Shown here piece after piece: positions 9,794 to 21,358 of a stretch of DNA of 48,440 nt (positions are counted from its first letter, which is position 1; every line of letters begins with the position of its first letter). A program made the translations under genes and the position numbers. This DNA is from an uncultured Christensenellaceae bacterium. GTDB lineage: Bacteria; Bacillota; Clostridia; Christensenellales; Pumilibacteraceae. The stretch spans positions 1 to 48,440 of the forward strand of contig CAJUQF010000005.1 of the NCBI GenBank assembly GCA_910588315.1, in the 5' to 3' direction. The notes beneath the pieces were generated by a model. That model was not told where the DNA came from. It worked only from the letters and a program-made list of their open reading frames with translations, and made no database searches.

Positions 9794-10585
9794 AATAAAT
9801 AGATATTAAAACATAACTTAATAAAAGAGATTGTGCGTAAAAAAATAAAAATCAAGGAAAAATTCGCGTGTTTTCGGAAAAAACGCCGGATTTTTTTGCT
9901 TTGTATGACACGAAAATAAGTTTTTCGGGAAAACAGTCGATTGCATACGATCTCCCGTCTGAGGCTAAATTTGAGCAAATTACGGCATAGCGTATATAAT
10001 TATATGATATTTTTTAATTTTTACGAACTCAATTTGCGGTTTTTTGTAAAAATGCGTCATTATTGTTAAATAATCTGTTTTGCAATTTATAAATATATTT
10101 ACATATTAATATAGCTTACGATCATTATTTAGTATAATAAAAATATTAAGTATCCCATATATAGTATGGAATGTTCGGCGCTTACTCCGAAGTTTAATTT
10201 TTGTTATGCGGTGAACCGGCATAGCACTGTCATCTATATTTATAAAAGAATAATTTATGCCGTTAAAGAATTTGAATAAAGGGAATGCCGGCATTCGCCG
10301 GGAGCGATCTGTTTCATCTTTATCGTTATCGATGTAGACTTAGGACCGAATCATGCGTCCAAAACGTTTTTCGCGGTATCATGTGTCTGTAAACTCGATT
10401 TGGAGTTTTTATCGTCTTGCAATAAAATATGTTTAATATGACGCTATTGCCCATTCGAGTTTTTGTTACTGTAAATGTAAAGAATCGCTCATATAAAAAT
10501 TTGATGCGACATACGAATGAAAGTATTATCGGTAAGCTTGTTTGTTCAAATGACTCGGATCTGCTTTTTAGCGACGGTCTCATTC

Positions 10586-10890
10586 GAAAAATCGCAAGAA
10601 TGAGAAAAGATCTCGGATACCCTCACGTGTCGCTAAACCGTCGGTTTAGTAAATCATGATTTCTGCGAATTTTCTCGGCGTGCGGAAATCGTTCGGCGGC
10701 GAAAGAAAAAGTTTTTCTGAGCTGCGATAAAATGATTTTTAATGTGTGCGATGTTTCAGATCGAGCGAGTTATCGACTCCGGCAAAATTCCATTACGGAA
10801 AAATACGGCGGCTTCATTTGAAAAACCGCAAGAAAGAGAAAAGATTTCGGATGCCCTCACGTGCCGCTAAACCGTCGGTTTAGTAAATCA
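10586..10890 (+). repeat. Two imperfect 71-bp direct repeats (10586-10656, 10820-10890), each containing an 8-bp inverted repeat
   Basis: GAAAAA(T/C)CGCAAGAA(T/A)GAGAAAAGAT(C/T)TCGGAT(A/G)CCCTCACGTG(T/C)CGCTAAACCGTCGGTTTAGTAAATCA. Confidence 0.9.
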
Positions 10891-11069
10891 AGAAAAATCT
10901 AATAATTGTCGAGCGTCGATATAGGCGATCGGCCATATTCTATTGCCAAAAACATATAGAATGCCGGAAAAGCCTGTTGTGTCGTGCAAATCAATTAATA
11001 GCAATTGTTATCGGTACCTTACGACTAATCGTAAAATATGTGCAACTGAGATCGGCATCGAGTAAAGAA

Positions 11070-11098
11070 GTATATTTTGCTTGCTGCGAGACAAACTA
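11070..11098 (+). promoter_or_regulatory. sigma-G-type forespore promoter
   Basis: GTATA-17 nt-CAAACTA, matching the sigG consensus GHATR-17/18-CAWWHTA. Confidence 0.55.
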
Positions 11099-11150
11099 TA
11101 ATTACCGACGGGCAGCAGCTTTGTTCGGAAATCAATAGGAGGAAGAAAAA

Positions 11151-11288
11151 ATGGCTACCACGAAAAAGACGACTAACAAGACAAGCGCATGCTCGTCGAA
11201 AAAGTCTCAGTCCGTTTCGAACAGCAACACGACCAAAAATTGCAATTCGAATAAGACTCAGAGCAAAAAGACCGGCACAACGAACTAA
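11151..11288 (+). CDS. Small basic Ser/Thr/Lys/Asn-rich peptide (45 aa, not in ORF track), candidate spore protein
   Basis: AGGAGG RBS; MATTKKTTNKTSACSSKKSQSVSNSNTTKNCNSNKTQSKKTGTTN*. Confidence 0.7.
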   Translation: MATTKKTTNKTSACSSKKSQSVSNSNTTKNCNSNKTQSKKTGTTN

Positions 11289-12706
11289 TAGACCGATCTT
11301 TTATCGGAGGAGTATTTTTGCCTGCTTGCTTTGGTCGCAGACCGGATTGTTTTGTTCGGTATTTCTATCGAAGTAAGAAGCAAGAAAAACTACGCGCAGC
11401 ATTTGGCTGCGGACGACAAATTTGGTGATCCTGCTAATTACGAATAAAGTTAGCGCAAGCGTTCGCGTAGCCTATGGAGCGTTGGATCGCTCAGGGGAAT
11501 ATACCAAATTTATTACATCATTGCAGAAACATAAAACGAGTTGAAAAATCGGGATCGATAAACGATCAAAGAATAAATTATTTTCGCGTTTTTTTCGCAA
11601 TAATAAAGAGCCGAATTTTTAAAGTTCGGTTTTTTATTTGCAGATAAAAATTTTAATATGTACCGATACTATCGATTCGAATCGACATATATTCAATTTT
11701 AAAAAATATTCTTTTCATTTGTATACGACAAAAGTTCATTAATGTAAAATTGCGAATCGGTTTGCCGTGTGCGAGATATATACGAGCCTATTCGAGGCGA
11801 ACTCTATTGCCGGTTCTTGCAGACGGATCTTTTACGACTTGCGTTCATTCGATTTCCGCCCCGACGTATAGGTCGATCCGAAAAGCGCTCGATAATATTA
11901 TCGAGCGTCGTCATTATAATTTGTCATTGTCGAAAAAATATATTATAAAATTCGATAAATTTCTTCGAAAAAAAATAAAATTATTATTTTTATGGATTCA
12001 ATTTATTATTAAAGCAATATAATAAATAATAATTCAGCCGAAAAAGCACGATTTTCATATAATAAATGTGTTTTACGACGGATTTTTAAATAAAATCAAA
12101 TATTTTGTAAACAAAAATAATAAATTAAATTGATTTAAATCGTTTTTGATATTAAATAAATTAAATTTTTTATAATATTTTTATTTAAAATTAAATTTAA
12201 ATTTCGATCGACTGTAGTAGTCGTGATTATATAGCAAAATCATAATTTTCCTTTTGCCGGCTGCGAGTAAAACGAATGCAGACTGCGACATATATCGAGC
12301 AGTAAATCGGATACGCCGAGCAAAATTCCGAGTATATGTTTATTTTTTGCACCGTTAATTCGATTCGATTTATTCGGAACATGGTCGGATTTAATAAATC
12401 GATCCTTTCTATTATACCCAATCGACTGTTACGTCGTCAGTCCTGTATAATACCGCAAAAAACTTCGCATATCGAGATCGCGTAACATCGGCTTTATAGC
12501 AATGCAATGCCGACATCATTACTGTGTGTTTCATTATATATATAATATAGGGTACTGCTGTTTATCGTTTTCGTTCGCAAGCGACGTTTAAGCGGGCTAA
12601 AACGGTTCCGGGCGCTTAGCATAAAGACACGCAATCCGTTCGTTTCATTATATAATATAATCATAAAATCTTTTAAGAAAAAATTGCAAAAGACATGTTA
12701 AAACAG

Positions 12707-12735
12707 TTGACACGCAAGAAGATATGGGGTATAAT
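12707..12735 (+). promoter_or_regulatory. Consensus sigma-A promoter of the S10 operon, followed by a ~150-nt GC-rich leader
   Basis: TTGACA-17 nt-TATAAT. Confidence 0.9.
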
Positions 12736-12887
12736 GGACAAGCTGCGCAATATGCGTGGTGATTTTTGTGACGGAAAAACGGGGCCGAGAAGCCCCGAAA
12801 AATTTTCGCACAAAACGGCACGCCCGAGCGCGTGAAACCCCACTATATCTTGGGGTCGTAGCGTCGGGTGGACACAAGGAGAAACAT

Positions 12888-13196
12888 ATGTCCAGTCAGA
12901 AAATCAGAATCAAGTTGAGAGCTTACGATCACGAGTTGGTCGATAGTTCGGCGCAACGGATCGTAGATGCGGCGAAGCAGACGGGCTCCAAGGTATGCGG
13001 ACCGATTCCGCTGCCTACGCAGAAAGAAGTTGTGACGATATTACGCTCCGTACACAAGCACAAAGATTCGCGCGAACAGTTCGAGCTCAGAACATATTCG
13101 CGTTTGATCGATATTTACAGTCCGTCGGGCAAGACGGTCGATTCTCTTATGAGATTGGATCTTCCCGCCGGCGTCGACATCAAGATTAAGCTGTAA
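12888..13196 (+). CDS. rpsJ: 30S ribosomal protein S10
   Basis: [33 protein letters not shown] places the start at 12888. Confidence 0.98.
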   Translation: MSSQKIRIKLRAYDHELVDSSAQRIVDAAKQTGSKVCGPIPLPTQKEVVTILRSVHKHKDSREQFELRTYSRLIDIYSPSGKTVDSLMRLDLPAGVDIKIKL

Positions 13197-13207
13197 AGGA
13201 GCCGACC

Positions 13208-13837
13208 ATGAAGAAAGCGATATTAGGCAAAAAGCTCGGCATGACGCAGATATTCGGTGAAAACGACATAGCTATTCCGGTTACGGTCGTGCAGTGCGGT
13301 CCCATGACCGTCGTCGATCTCCGCACCGTCGAACATAACGGTTACGATGCGGTGGTTTGCGCATTCGAAGAAATCAAAGAAGGTAAACTCAACAAGCCCG
13401 AAGCCGGTCTTTACAAAAAGGCAAAGGCAAAGCCCGCGCGTTATCTGCGTGAGTTCCGCTATGAGGACGCGGCGTCTTACGAAGTGGGCAAAGTTATAGA
13501 TTGCACTATGTTCGACGAGGGCGACATGGTCGACGTCAGCGGCGTTACAAAAGGCCGCGGTTTTACGGGCGTTATAAAACGCTGGAACCATCACCGTCTT
13601 AAAATGACTCACGGTACGGGTCCCGTTCACCGTGAAGTCGGTTCGACCGGCGCCAACTCCAATCCGTCACGCCGCATCAAGAATCTCAAGATGCCCGGTC
13701 AGTACGGACACGAGAACGTGACCATTCAGAACCTTAAAGTCGTTAAAGTGGACAAAGCGCGCGGCGTATTACTTATCCGCGGCGGCGTTCCCGGACCGAA
13801 AGGCGGACTTGTTACCGTTAAAGAGACGGTCAAATAA
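13208..13837 (+). CDS. rplC: 50S ribosomal protein L3
   Basis: GKKLGMTQIF, KGRGFTGVIKRW; operon order. Confidence 0.98.
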   Translation: MKKAILGKKLGMTQIFGENDIAIPVTVVQCGPMTVVDLRTVEHNGYDAVVCAFEEIKEGKLNKPEAGLYKKAKAKPARYLREFRYEDAASYEVGKVIDCTMFDEGDMVDVSGVTKGRGFTGVIKRWNHHRLKMTHGTGPVHREVGSTGANSNPSRRIKNLKMPGQYGHENVTIQNLKVVKVDKARGVLLIRGGVPGPKGGLVTVKETVK

Positions 13838-13858
13838 GGTCGAGGAGATTAAACGGAA

Positions 13859-14500
13859 ATGCCTACAATCAAGATATATAAACAGGACGGCAGCTCTGCC
13901 GGCACAATGGAACTCGACGATACCGTATTCGGAGCCGAATACAGAGAGTCGGTCATTCATCAGGTAGTAGTGGCGCAAATGGCAAATGCGCGCCAAGGAA
14001 CGAAAAGCACTCTTACGCGCACCGAAGTCACGGGCGGCGGCAAAAAGCCGTGGCGCCAGAAAGGCACGGGCAACGCGCGTCAGGGCTCTATCCGCGCACC
14101 GCAATGGAAAGGCGGCGGTGTGGTGTTCGCGCCGAAGCCGCGTTCGTTCCGCAAGAAGATAACCAAGGTCATGCGCATAACCGCTATTACGAGCGCGCTC
14201 TCCGCTAAACTTTCGGACGGCAATCTCGTGGTTTTGGATAAACTCGATATCGCGCCCAAGACCAAGGAAATGGCTAAAGTGCTTGCCGCGCTCAAGATCG
14301 AGAGCCGTGCGCTTTTGGTTCTCCCCAACGGCAGCGATAACGCCATGCGCGCGGCGAACAATATCCCCAACGTACGTTTGGCAAACAGCGACCTGCTCAG
14401 CGTATACGACGTAGTTGCCAATACGGTAATGCTCACGACGGTAGACGCGATCAAAGCGATCGAAACGAAATACACTTCAAAGGAGGTCGCGGCGAAATAA
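13859..14500 (+). CDS. rplD: 50S ribosomal protein L4
   Basis: GGGKKPWRQKGTGNARQGSIRAPQWKGGG. Confidence 0.98.
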   Translation: MPTIKIYKQDGSSAGTMELDDTVFGAEYRESVIHQVVVAQMANARQGTKSTLTRTEVTGGGKKPWRQKGTGNARQGSIRAPQWKGGGVVFAPKPRSFRKKITKVMRITAITSALSAKLSDGNLVVLDKLDIAPKTKEMAKVLAALKIESRALLVLPNGSDNAMRAANNIPNVRLANSDLLSVYDVVANTVMLTTVDAIKAIETKYTSKEVAAK

Positions 14501-14790
14501 TGAATGCACACGATATAATCATTCGTCCGGTATTGACCGAAAAATCCAACGACGGCGTCAACGCCAAACGCTATGTGTTCATGGTAGACCCGCGCGCCGA
14601 TAAGGTTCAGGTCAAAGCGGCTGTCGAACAGGCATTCGACGTCAAAGTCGAATCGGTGAACATAGTCAACGTTCGCGGAAAGTACAAACGTCAGGGGAGA
14701 ACGGGCGGCTATACGTCCAAAGGCAAAAAAGCGTACGTCACGCTCGACCAGTCGTCCAAAGCGATACCGTTCTTCGAGACGCTTTCGTAA
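14500..14790 (+). CDS. rplW: 50S ribosomal protein L23
   Basis: [19 protein letters not shown]. Confidence 0.97.
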   Translation: MNAHDIIIRPVLTEKSNDGVNAKRYVFMVDPRADKVQVKAAVEQAFDVKVESVNIVNVRGKYKRQGRTGGYTSKGKKAYVTLDQSSKAIPFFETLS

Positions 14791-14804
14791 TTAGGAGTAA
14801 AAAA

Positions 14805-15632
14805 ATGGCTATTAAGAGATATAAACCCATTACGCCAGGCACACGGTTCAAAACCGTTATAGCGGCGCCGGAACTCACCGGCGACAAGCCGTATAAGCCC
14901 TTATTGAAAGAACAGAGCCGCAAGGGCGGACGCAACTTTTCCGGTAAGATAACCGTTCGCCATATCGGCGGCGGCAACCGTCAAAAGTACCGCGTTATCG
15001 ACTTCAAGCGCGACAAGGACAACATTCCCGCCAAGGTCGCGACCGTCGAATACGATCCCAACCGCACCGCGTTCATCGCACTTTTGAACTATGCCGACGG
15101 CGAAAAGAGATACATTCTCGCCCCGCTCGGACTTCAGAAAGGCGACACCGTGATTTCCGGCGAAACCGCGGACATCAAAGCCGGCAACTGCTTGCCGCTC
15201 GCGTTCATTCCCGTAGGTACGATGGTGCATAACATCGAAATGCTGCCGGGAAGAGGCGGTCAAATGGCGAGAGTCGCGGGCGCTGCGGCACAGCTTATGG
15301 CTAAAGAAGGTAAGTACGCGACGCTCAGACTTCCTTCCGGCGAAATGCGTATGGTTCTTCAACGTTGCAAAGCGACGATAGGTCAGGTCGGAAATCTCGA
15401 TCACGAGCTTGTCAGTCTCGGCAAAGCAGGTCGTAAACGTCACATGGGCGTCAAACCCACCGTTCGCGGTGTAGTCATGAACCCCTGCGATCACCCTCAC
15501 GGCGGCGGCGAAGGAAAGAGCCCGATCGGCAGACCCAGTCCGGTATCGCCTTGGGGCAAGCCGACGCTCGGTAAGAAGACGAGATCCAAGCACAAGGCTT
15601 CCGACAAGTTCATTGTCAAGCGCGTAAATTAA
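14805..15632 (+). CDS. rplB: 50S ribosomal protein L2
   Basis: [23 protein letters not shown]. Confidence 0.99.
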   Translation: MAIKRYKPITPGTRFKTVIAAPELTGDKPYKPLLKEQSRKGGRNFSGKITVRHIGGGNRQKYRVIDFKRDKDNIPAKVATVEYDPNRTAFIALLNYADGEKRYILAPLGLQKGDTVISGETADIKAGNCLPLAFIPVGTMVHNIEMLPGRGGQMARVAGAAAQLMAKEGKYATLRLPSGEMRMVLQRCKATIGQVGNLDHELVSLGKAGRKRHMGVKPTVRGVVMNPCDHPHGGGEGKSPIGRPSPVSPWGKPTLGKKTRSKHKASDKFIVKRVN

Positions 15633-15646
15633 GGAGCGTTTAAGGT

Positions 15647-15925
15647 ATGTCAAGATCGACAAAAAAAGGTTATTATGTTGACGCCAAGCTTATGAAAAAA
15701 GCAGAGGCGATGGTAGCGACGGCGGACAAACGTCCCATCAAGACGTGGTCGCGCGCTTCCACTATATTCCCTCAATTCATAGGTCTTACGTTTGCCGTAC
15801 ACAACGGCAAAAAGTTTGTTCCGGTATACGTTACGACCGATATGGTCGGACACAAACTGGGCGAATTCGCGCCTACCCGTACCTTCTTGGGTCATGCAGG
15901 CGAAAGCAAGACCAAAGGTAGATAA
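15647..15925 (+). CDS. rpsS: 30S ribosomal protein S19
   Basis: [19 protein letters not shown]. Confidence 0.98.
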   Translation: MSRSTKKGYYVDAKLMKKAEAMVATADKRPIKTWSRASTIFPQFIGLTFAVHNGKKFVPVYVTTDMVGHKLGEFAPTRTFLGHAGESKTKGR

Positions 15926-15936
15926 GGAGATCAAGT

Positions 15937-16329
15937 ATGGCAACAAGAATGAAAGAAAAAGCCGCAAGAGTAGAAGAATTGCGCGAAAAACGTCCGTTTG
16001 CCGTAGCTAAGCACGTACGCATCTCGCCCGATAAGGTGAGGATCGTGCTTGCGCTCATTCGCGGCAGATCGGTCACGGAAGCCATGGCTATTCTCCAAGC
16101 GACTCCCAAAGCGGCAAGCGAGCAGATATTCAAAGTATTGAATTCGGCCGCTGCCAATGCCGAACACAATAAGGGACTTTCGGTCGACGATTTGTATGTA
16201 GCGGAAGCGTTTGCGGACATCGGACCCACACTCAAGCGTTACCAACCCGTCAGCAAGGGCAGAGCGCATCACATCTTGAAGCGCACCAGCCACATCACCG
16301 TTATTCTCGACACCAAGGAGGACAAATAA
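15937..16329 (+). CDS. rplV: 50S ribosomal protein L22 (N-terminal extension)
   Basis: [25 protein letters not shown]. Confidence 0.97.
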   Translation: MATRMKEKAARVEELREKRPFAVAKHVRISPDKVRIVLALIRGRSVTEAMAILQATPKAASEQIFKVLNSAAANAEHNKGLSVDDLYVAEAFADIGPTLKRYQPVSKGRAHHILKRTSHITVILDTKEDK

Positions 16330-16331
16330 TC

Positions 16332-17009
16332 ATGGGTCAGAAAGTCAATCCCCACGGTTTGCGCGTCGGCATTATCGAAAAGTGGAATTCGCAGTGGTAT
16401 GCGGGCAAAAACGAATTTGCCGCGTTCATACTCGAAGATCGCAAGATCCGCGAACACATCGAGAATAAATACAAATCCTGCGGCATCAGTAAGGTCGTTA
16501 TCGAGCGTCCGCAAGGAAAGGTGCAGGTTTCCATCCATGCGCAGTTCCCCGGCAAGATAATCGGGCAAAAGCACGTCGGTATAGACGAGCTTAAAAAGAA
16601 TCTCGAAAAGCTTGTCGACGGCAAAAAGATATATGTCAACATCATCGAGGTAAAGCATCCCGATCTCAACGCCAAACTTCTTGCGGAAAGTATAGCGGCT
16701 CAGCTCGAAAAGCGTGCATTCTTCCGCCGTACCATGAAGCAGGCAATGTCCAAAGCGATGCATGCCGGCGCGAAGGGCGTTAAAGTTCAGGTCGGCGGTC
16801 GTCTCGACGGCGCGGAGATCGCGCGTGCCGAGCATTATCAGGAAGGCTCGATACCTCTTCAAACGCTGCGTGCGGACATCGATTACGGTTACTGCATCGC
16901 GCGTACAACGTTCGGTGTTCTCGGCGTTAAGGTTTGGATCTACAAAGGCGACGTTCTCGCCGCAGCCAAGCCCGCGCAAAATGCCGGCGAATTCAAGGAG
17001 GGCGAATAA
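16332..17009 (+). CDS. rpsC: 30S ribosomal protein S3
   Basis: [33 protein letters not shown]. Confidence 0.98.
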   Translation: MGQKVNPHGLRVGIIEKWNSQWYAGKNEFAAFILEDRKIREHIENKYKSCGISKVVIERPQGKVQVSIHAQFPGKIIGQKHVGIDELKKNLEKLVDGKKIYVNIIEVKHPDLNAKLLAESIAAQLEKRAFFRRTMKQAMSKAMHAGAKGVKVQVGGRLDGAEIARAEHYQEGSIPLQTLRADIDYGYCIARTTFGVLGVKVWIYKGDVLAAAKPAQNAGEFKEGE

Positions 17010-17473
17010 TGTTAAGTCCCAACAAAGTCAAGCACCGCAGAGTTCAGCGCGGCAGAATGAAAGGCAAAGCTACTCGCGGCAATAAGATATCATACGGCGA
17101 GTTCGCGCTTGTCAGCGAGGATCCGGGTAGGATCACATCCAACCAGATAGAGGCGGCTCGTGTCGCTATGACTCGTTACACCAAGCGCGGCGGTAAAGTT
17201 TGGATAGACATTTTCCCGCACAAACCGTATTCCAAAAAGCCCGCAGACACCCGTATGGGTAGCGGTAAAGGCGCTCCGGAATATTGGGCGGCGGTAGTTA
17301 AACCGGGAACGGTAATGTTCGAAATGGCGGGCGTTGCCGAAGCGGTTGCAAGAGAGGCGCTCCGCCTTGCGTCGTACAAGCTCCCCGTTCGCTGCAAGAT
17401 CGCAAAGAAGGGTGAACCCGGTTACGAGGACGATACGGCGCCTGTAAACGAAACGGCAAAGGAGGTTGAATAA
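17009..17473 (+). CDS. rplP: 50S ribosomal protein L16
   Basis: [24 protein letters not shown]; start overlaps the rpsC stop (TAATG). Confidence 0.98.
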   Translation: MLSPNKVKHRRVQRGRMKGKATRGNKISYGEFALVSEDPGRITSNQIEAARVAMTRYTKRGGKVWIDIFPHKPYSKKPADTRMGSGKGAPEYWAAVVKPGTVMFEMAGVAEAVAREALRLASYKLPVRCKIAKKGEPGYEDDTAPVNETAKEVE

Positions 17474-17679
17474 TGAAAGAGAAAGTTCACGAGTTAAGAG
17501 ACGACGAATTACAGGAAAAGCTCGCGTCGCTCAAAACGGAGTTGTTTAACCTCAGGTTTTCCAACGCGACGGGACAGCTTGCCAATCCCTTGCAGATCCA
17601 GAATGTCAGACGCGACATCGCGCGCGTAAAGACGGTTATAAGAGAGCGCGAGATCCGCGCCGCCAAGGAGGCCAAGTAA
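17473..17679 (+). CDS. rpmC: 50S ribosomal protein L29
   Basis: [21 protein letters not shown]. Confidence 0.97.
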   Translation: MKEKVHELRDDELQEKLASLKTELFNLRFSNATGQLANPLQIQNVRRDIARVKTVIREREIRAAKEAK

Positions 17680-17936
17680 TGGAAGAGCGTAACGACAGAA
17701 AGACGCGCGAAGGCATCGTCGTTTCCGATAAAATGGATAAAACGGTCGTCGTTTCGATCGTCGAAAAATATAAACATCCGCTTTATAAAAAGACGGTCAC
17801 GCGCACCAAAAAATTCAAAGCCCACGACGAAAACAACGAGTGCGGCATCGGCGACAGAGTGGAGATCACCGAGACCCGTCCCATATCCAAAGACAAGTGC
17901 TGGCGGGTAAGCAAGATCATTGAAAAAGCCAAATAA
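17679..17936 (+). CDS. rpsQ: 30S ribosomal protein S17
   Basis: [24 protein letters not shown]. Confidence 0.98.
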   Translation: MEERNDRKTREGIVVSDKMDKTVVVSIVEKYKHPLYKKTVTRTKKFKAHDENNECGIGDRVEITETRPISKDKCWRVSKIIEKAK

Positions 17937-17953
17937 CCAAAACGCGTATAGCT

Positions 17954-18048
17954 CGCGTGATGCGCGCTACGCTTGGCTCGGCGGCTTGGTTACGTAGGTC
18001 GAACTACGCGCCCGTCGCCGCCGCACCAACTGTTGCGCACCTGACGCG
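17954..18048. repeat. Long imperfect hairpin repeat, copy A (rpsQ-rplN spacer)
   Basis: CGCGTGAT..CTACGCTTGGCTCGGCG..CGTAG-loop-CTACG..CCAACTGTTGC..CTGACGCG; homologous to 26521-26648 and 33471-33594. Confidence 0.85.
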
Positions 18049-18294
18049 GCTCTCCGCGCTTCGAGACAAAAGCATGCGTCGCAATACGAACTACGAGTTC
18101 ATCGTGCGGCGGTCGCGTACCGAACTTACGGACTTACGTTCTTGCGACTGAGATTTTGCATGAATTAACGGCGAAACAGTTTTGCGATACAGGTTCGAAA
18201 AACCGTAACAGAGAACACTACGTTCCATATAAAGAGTGGCGATGCCCGGGGATACGGGTAACTGCTCTATCAAACAAGGAGAACATGAGTAATC

Positions 18295-18663
18295 ATGATA
18301 CAACCCCAATCATATCTGAAAGTCGCCGACAATACCGGCGCGAAAGAAATAATGTGTATACAGGTCATGGGCGGCTCGATCCGTAAGAGCGGAAACATCG
18401 GCGATATCATCACCGCGTCCGTAAAATCCGCTCAGCCCGGCGGCACCGTCAAAAAAGGCGACGTCGTTAAGGCCGTTATCGTGCGTACGCATCAAGGCAT
18501 CAACCGTCCGGACGGCTCGCATATTCGTTTCGACGATAATGCGGCAGTTATAATAGACAATCAAAAGCAACCGCGCGGCACCCGTATATTCGGGCCGATA
18601 GCGCGCGAATTGCGTGACCGCGACTTCACAAAGATTATATCTTTGGCGCCGGAAGTACTGTAA
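18295..18663 (+). CDS. rplN: 50S ribosomal protein L14
   Basis: [30 protein letters not shown]. Confidence 0.99.
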   Translation: MIQPQSYLKVADNTGAKEIMCIQVMGGSIRKSGNIGDIITASVKSAQPGGTVKKGDVVKAVIVRTHQGINRPDGSHIRFDDNAAVIIDNQKQPRGTRIFGPIARELRDRDFTKIISLAPEVL

Positions 18664-18676
18664 CGGAGGAACCGGT

Positions 18677-19171
18677 ATGAACAATCTCAATGTCAGAAAA
18701 GGCGATAATGTCAAAGTTTTGACCGGTAAAGACAAGGGCAAGACCGGCAAAGTGCTTGCTACCGAACCCTCGACCGGCAAAGTGCTTGTGGAAGGCGTCA
18801 ATATCGCGACTCATCATATCAAAGCGCGGTCGGCGACCGAACAGGGCGGCAGAAAGAAAGTGGAAGCTCCGCTCGACAGTAGCAACGTGCAAATAATTTG
18901 CCCGTCCTGCGGCAAGAGCGTTCGCGCTCGTCACCAAGTCATAGATAACAAGAACGCGCGCGTATGCGCCAAGTGCGGCGCAAGCCTCGACGTTTCGCTC
19001 AAAGCGGATAAGGCCGATAAGAAAGCCAAGAAAACCGCGAGCAAAGCCAAGAAGGACGACGGCGCGGAAAAGAAGCCTGCGGCAAAGAAAGCGCCGGCTA
19101 AAAAAACCGCGACCAAAGCGGAAGATAATCAAGTTCCCGTCGAAGCGACTTCGGACGGTAAAACAGAGTAA
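18677..19171 (+). CDS. rplX: 50S ribosomal protein L24 with two CxxC pairs and Lys/Ala-rich C-terminal tail
   Basis: KGDNVKVLTGKDKGK, VEGVN, SNV; GGAGG RBS before ATG 18677. Confidence 0.97.
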   Translation: MNNLNVRKGDNVKVLTGKDKGKTGKVLATEPSTGKVLVEGVNIATHHIKARSATEQGGRKKVEAPLDSSNVQIICPSCGKSVRARHQVIDNKNARVCAKCGASLDVSLKADKADKKAKKTASKAKKDDGAEKKPAAKKAPAKKTATKAEDNQVPVEATSDGKTE

Positions 19172-19184
19172 GGAGTAAACGGTA

Positions 19185-19814
19185 ATGGCAGAAAAAGCAA
19201 CCAAAGCCAAGGACAAGGCACAAGGTGTTGCGACCGCAAAAGTCGGCAAACCCGTAAAATCGACAAATCCCGACAGGTACCGTCTTAAAAAACGTTACAA
19301 AGCGGAGATCGTCCCGCAGCTCATGAAAGAGCGCGGATACAAGAACGTCAACGAGGTCCCCAAGATCGAAAAGATCGTATTGAATATGCGTTTGGGCGAC
19401 ATCAAAGACAACTCCAAGAGCATTCAGCTCGCGCAGGCGGAATTGGAAGCTATAGCCGGACAAAAGAGCGTGCTTGTAAAAGCCAAAAAGTCCGTCAGTA
19501 ACTTCAAACTCCGCGAAGGGCAGTCGATCGCTATAAAGGTCACGCTCCGCGGCGAAATGGCTTACGAGTTTTTGGATCGGCTTGTTTCGATAGCGCTCCC
19601 GCGCGTTCGCGACTTTCGCGGCATTTCGGGCAAATCCTTCGACGGCAGAGGCAACTATGCGCTCGGCATCAAGGATCAGACCATATTCCCCGAAATTTCG
19701 TACGAGCTTATCGAAAAGATCCGCGGTTTCGACGTAGACGTAGTCACGACTGCGGCGACCGACGAAGAAGCAAAGCTGCTGCTGACTAAGCTCGGCATGC
19801 CGTTCAAGAATTAA
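19185..19814 (+). CDS. rplE: 50S ribosomal protein L5 (N-terminal extension)
   Basis: [30 protein letters not shown]. Confidence 0.98.
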   Translation: MAEKATKAKDKAQGVATAKVGKPVKSTNPDRYRLKKRYKAEIVPQLMKERGYKNVNEVPKIEKIVLNMRLGDIKDNSKSIQLAQAELEAIAGQKSVLVKAKKSVSNFKLREGQSIAIKVTLRGEMAYEFLDRLVSIALPRVRDFRGISGKSFDGRGNYALGIKDQTIFPEISYELIEKIRGFDVDVVTTAATDEEAKLLLTKLGMPFKN

Positions 19815-19824
19815 GGAGAACATT

Positions 19825-20010
19825 ATGGCTAAAAAAGCGATGATAAATAAACAGCAAAGAACGCCTAAATACTCGACGCGCGCATACACGCGTTGCAGTC
19901 TTTGCGGTCGTCCGCACTCCGTTCTCAAAAAGTACGGTATTTGCAGAATTTGCTTTCGCGAACTTGCGTACAAGGGAGAGATCCCCGGCGTAAAGAAGTC
20001 GAGCTGGTAA
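19825..20010 (+). CDS. rpsN: 30S ribosomal protein S14, zinc-binding type Z
   Basis: 61 aa; [23 protein letters not shown]. Confidence 0.98.
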   Translation: MAKKAMINKQQRTPKYSTRAYTRCSLCGRPHSVLKKYGICRICFRELAYKGEIPGVKKSSW

Positions 20011-20024
20011 GGAGGTATTAAGTT

Positions 20025-20420
20025 ATGGTTACAACAGATCCTATCGCGGATTTGCTCACGAGAATTCGCAATGCTATTACGGCTAAGCACGAGACCGTTT
20101 CGATACCTGCGTCCAAGATGAAAAAGTCCATTGTCGACATACTTGTCGCCGAAGGTTTTGTGACGTCCGGCGAGATAGTCGAAGAGCAGGGCCACAACAA
20201 CATCAAGGTCGTACTCAAATACAGCGGCAAACAAAACGCCATTACCAATCTTAAGCGCATTTCCAAGCCCGGTCTTCGCGTATATTGCGGTTGCGAAGAT
20301 CTTCCCAAGGTTCTCGGCGGATACGGAATAGCGATAATATCCACTTCGCGCGGCGTCATGACCGACAAGAAGGCGCGCGAAAACAAAATAGGCGGCGAAG
20401 TGCTCGCCTATGTATGGTAG
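20025..20420 (+). CDS. rpsH: 30S ribosomal protein S8
   Basis: [30 protein letters not shown]. Confidence 0.98.
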   Translation: MVTTDPIADLLTRIRNAITAKHETVSIPASKMKKSIVDILVAEGFVTSGEIVEEQGHNNIKVVLKYSGKQNAITNLKRISKPGLRVYCGCEDLPKVLGGYGIAIISTSRGVMTDKKARENKIGGEVLAYVW

Positions 20421-20429
20421 GAGGCTACA

Positions 20430-20975
20430 ATGTCGAGAATAGGCAGAAAACATATCGACGTGCCGGCGGGCGTGACCGTTACTTACGAGAACGGTATCGT
20501 CACCGTCAAAGGCAAGCTCGGCGAGCTTAAACAGGAAATCAAGTGCGCGGACATAAATGTCGTTATCGGCGCGGGCGTTGTGAACGTCGAGCGTAGCAAC
20601 GATAATAAGCAGACCCGTGCATATCATGGTTTGTACCGCCAGCTTATAGCAAACATGGTACACGGCGTTCAGAATGCATTCACCAAAACGCTCATAGTTG
20701 CGGGTGTCGGTTACAAATGCGCCGTTACAGGCAACAAGCTCGTCATGAACATCGGATACTCCAAGCCGGTGGAATACACGATCCCCGCGGGCATAACCAT
20801 TACGTGTTCCGACCCGCTCACGATCGTAGTCAGCGGTATCGATAAAGAAATGGTCGGCTCGGTCGCGGCTCAGATCAAATCCAAGCGTCCGGTCGAACCG
20901 TATCACGGCTACGGCTTGCATTACAGCAACGAAGTTGTCCTCCGTAAAGAGGCCAAGACCGCGGGCAAGAAATAG
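20430..20975 (+). CDS. rplF: 50S ribosomal protein L6
   Basis: MSRIGRK, GVGY, EPYHGYG. Confidence 0.97.
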   Translation: MSRIGRKHIDVPAGVTVTYENGIVTVKGKLGELKQEIKCADINVVIGAGVVNVERSNDNKQTRAYHGLYRQLIANMVHGVQNAFTKTLIVAGVGYKCAVTGNKLVMNIGYSKPVEYTIPAGITITCSDPLTIVVSGIDKEMVGSVAAQIKSKRPVEPYHGYGLHYSNEVVLRKEAKTAGKK

Positions 20976-20986
20976 GAGAGTGGCAA

Positions 20987-21355
20987 ATGATTAAGAAGAT
21001 CGATAAAAACAAAATCCGCATGAAACGCCACGCGCGTTTGCGTCATGAATTAAAAGGTACCGCTGCGCGTCCGCGCCTTGCGGTTTACCGTTCGACAAGC
21101 CATATCTATGTTCAGCTCATCGACGACGTTAAGGGTGTGACCCTTTGCAGCAGTTCGACGCTTGTAAAAGGCGCCGACATCAAAGGCAAAACCAAAACTC
21201 AGCAAGCCGAGTTCGTCGGCGGCGACGTCGCCAAAAAGGCGCAGGCTCAAGGTATTACCGAAGTTGTTTTCGATCGCGGCGGATACCTTTACACCGGCAG
21301 AGTCAAAGCTCTCGCCGACGCGGCAAGAGCTGCGGGTCTTAAATTTTGGGAGTAA
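20987..21355 (+). CDS. rplR: 50S ribosomal protein L18
   Basis: [23 protein letters not shown]. Confidence 0.98.
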   Translation: MIKKIDKNKIRMKRHARLRHELKGTAARPRLAVYRSTSHIYVQLIDDVKGVTLCSSSTLVKGADIKGKTKTQQAEFVGGDVAKKAQAQGITEVVFDRGGYLYTGRVKALADAARAAGLKFWE

Positions 21356-21358
21356 ACT

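Noticed and set aside
11930..12200. oriC in the very AT-rich block
   Set aside because: No DnaA boxes or trio tract seen; 2570-2823 fits better.
17957..18386. Short ORFs in expanded spacers (also 24159-24443, 26707-26961, 36122-36648)
   Set aside because: They run through GC-rich hairpin repeats, lack RBSs and have no protein-like features.
21340..21355. L18 ending LKFWE as programmed readthrough
   Set aside because: Explained by a simple stop-codon shift (TGG in place of TAG) adding two residues.
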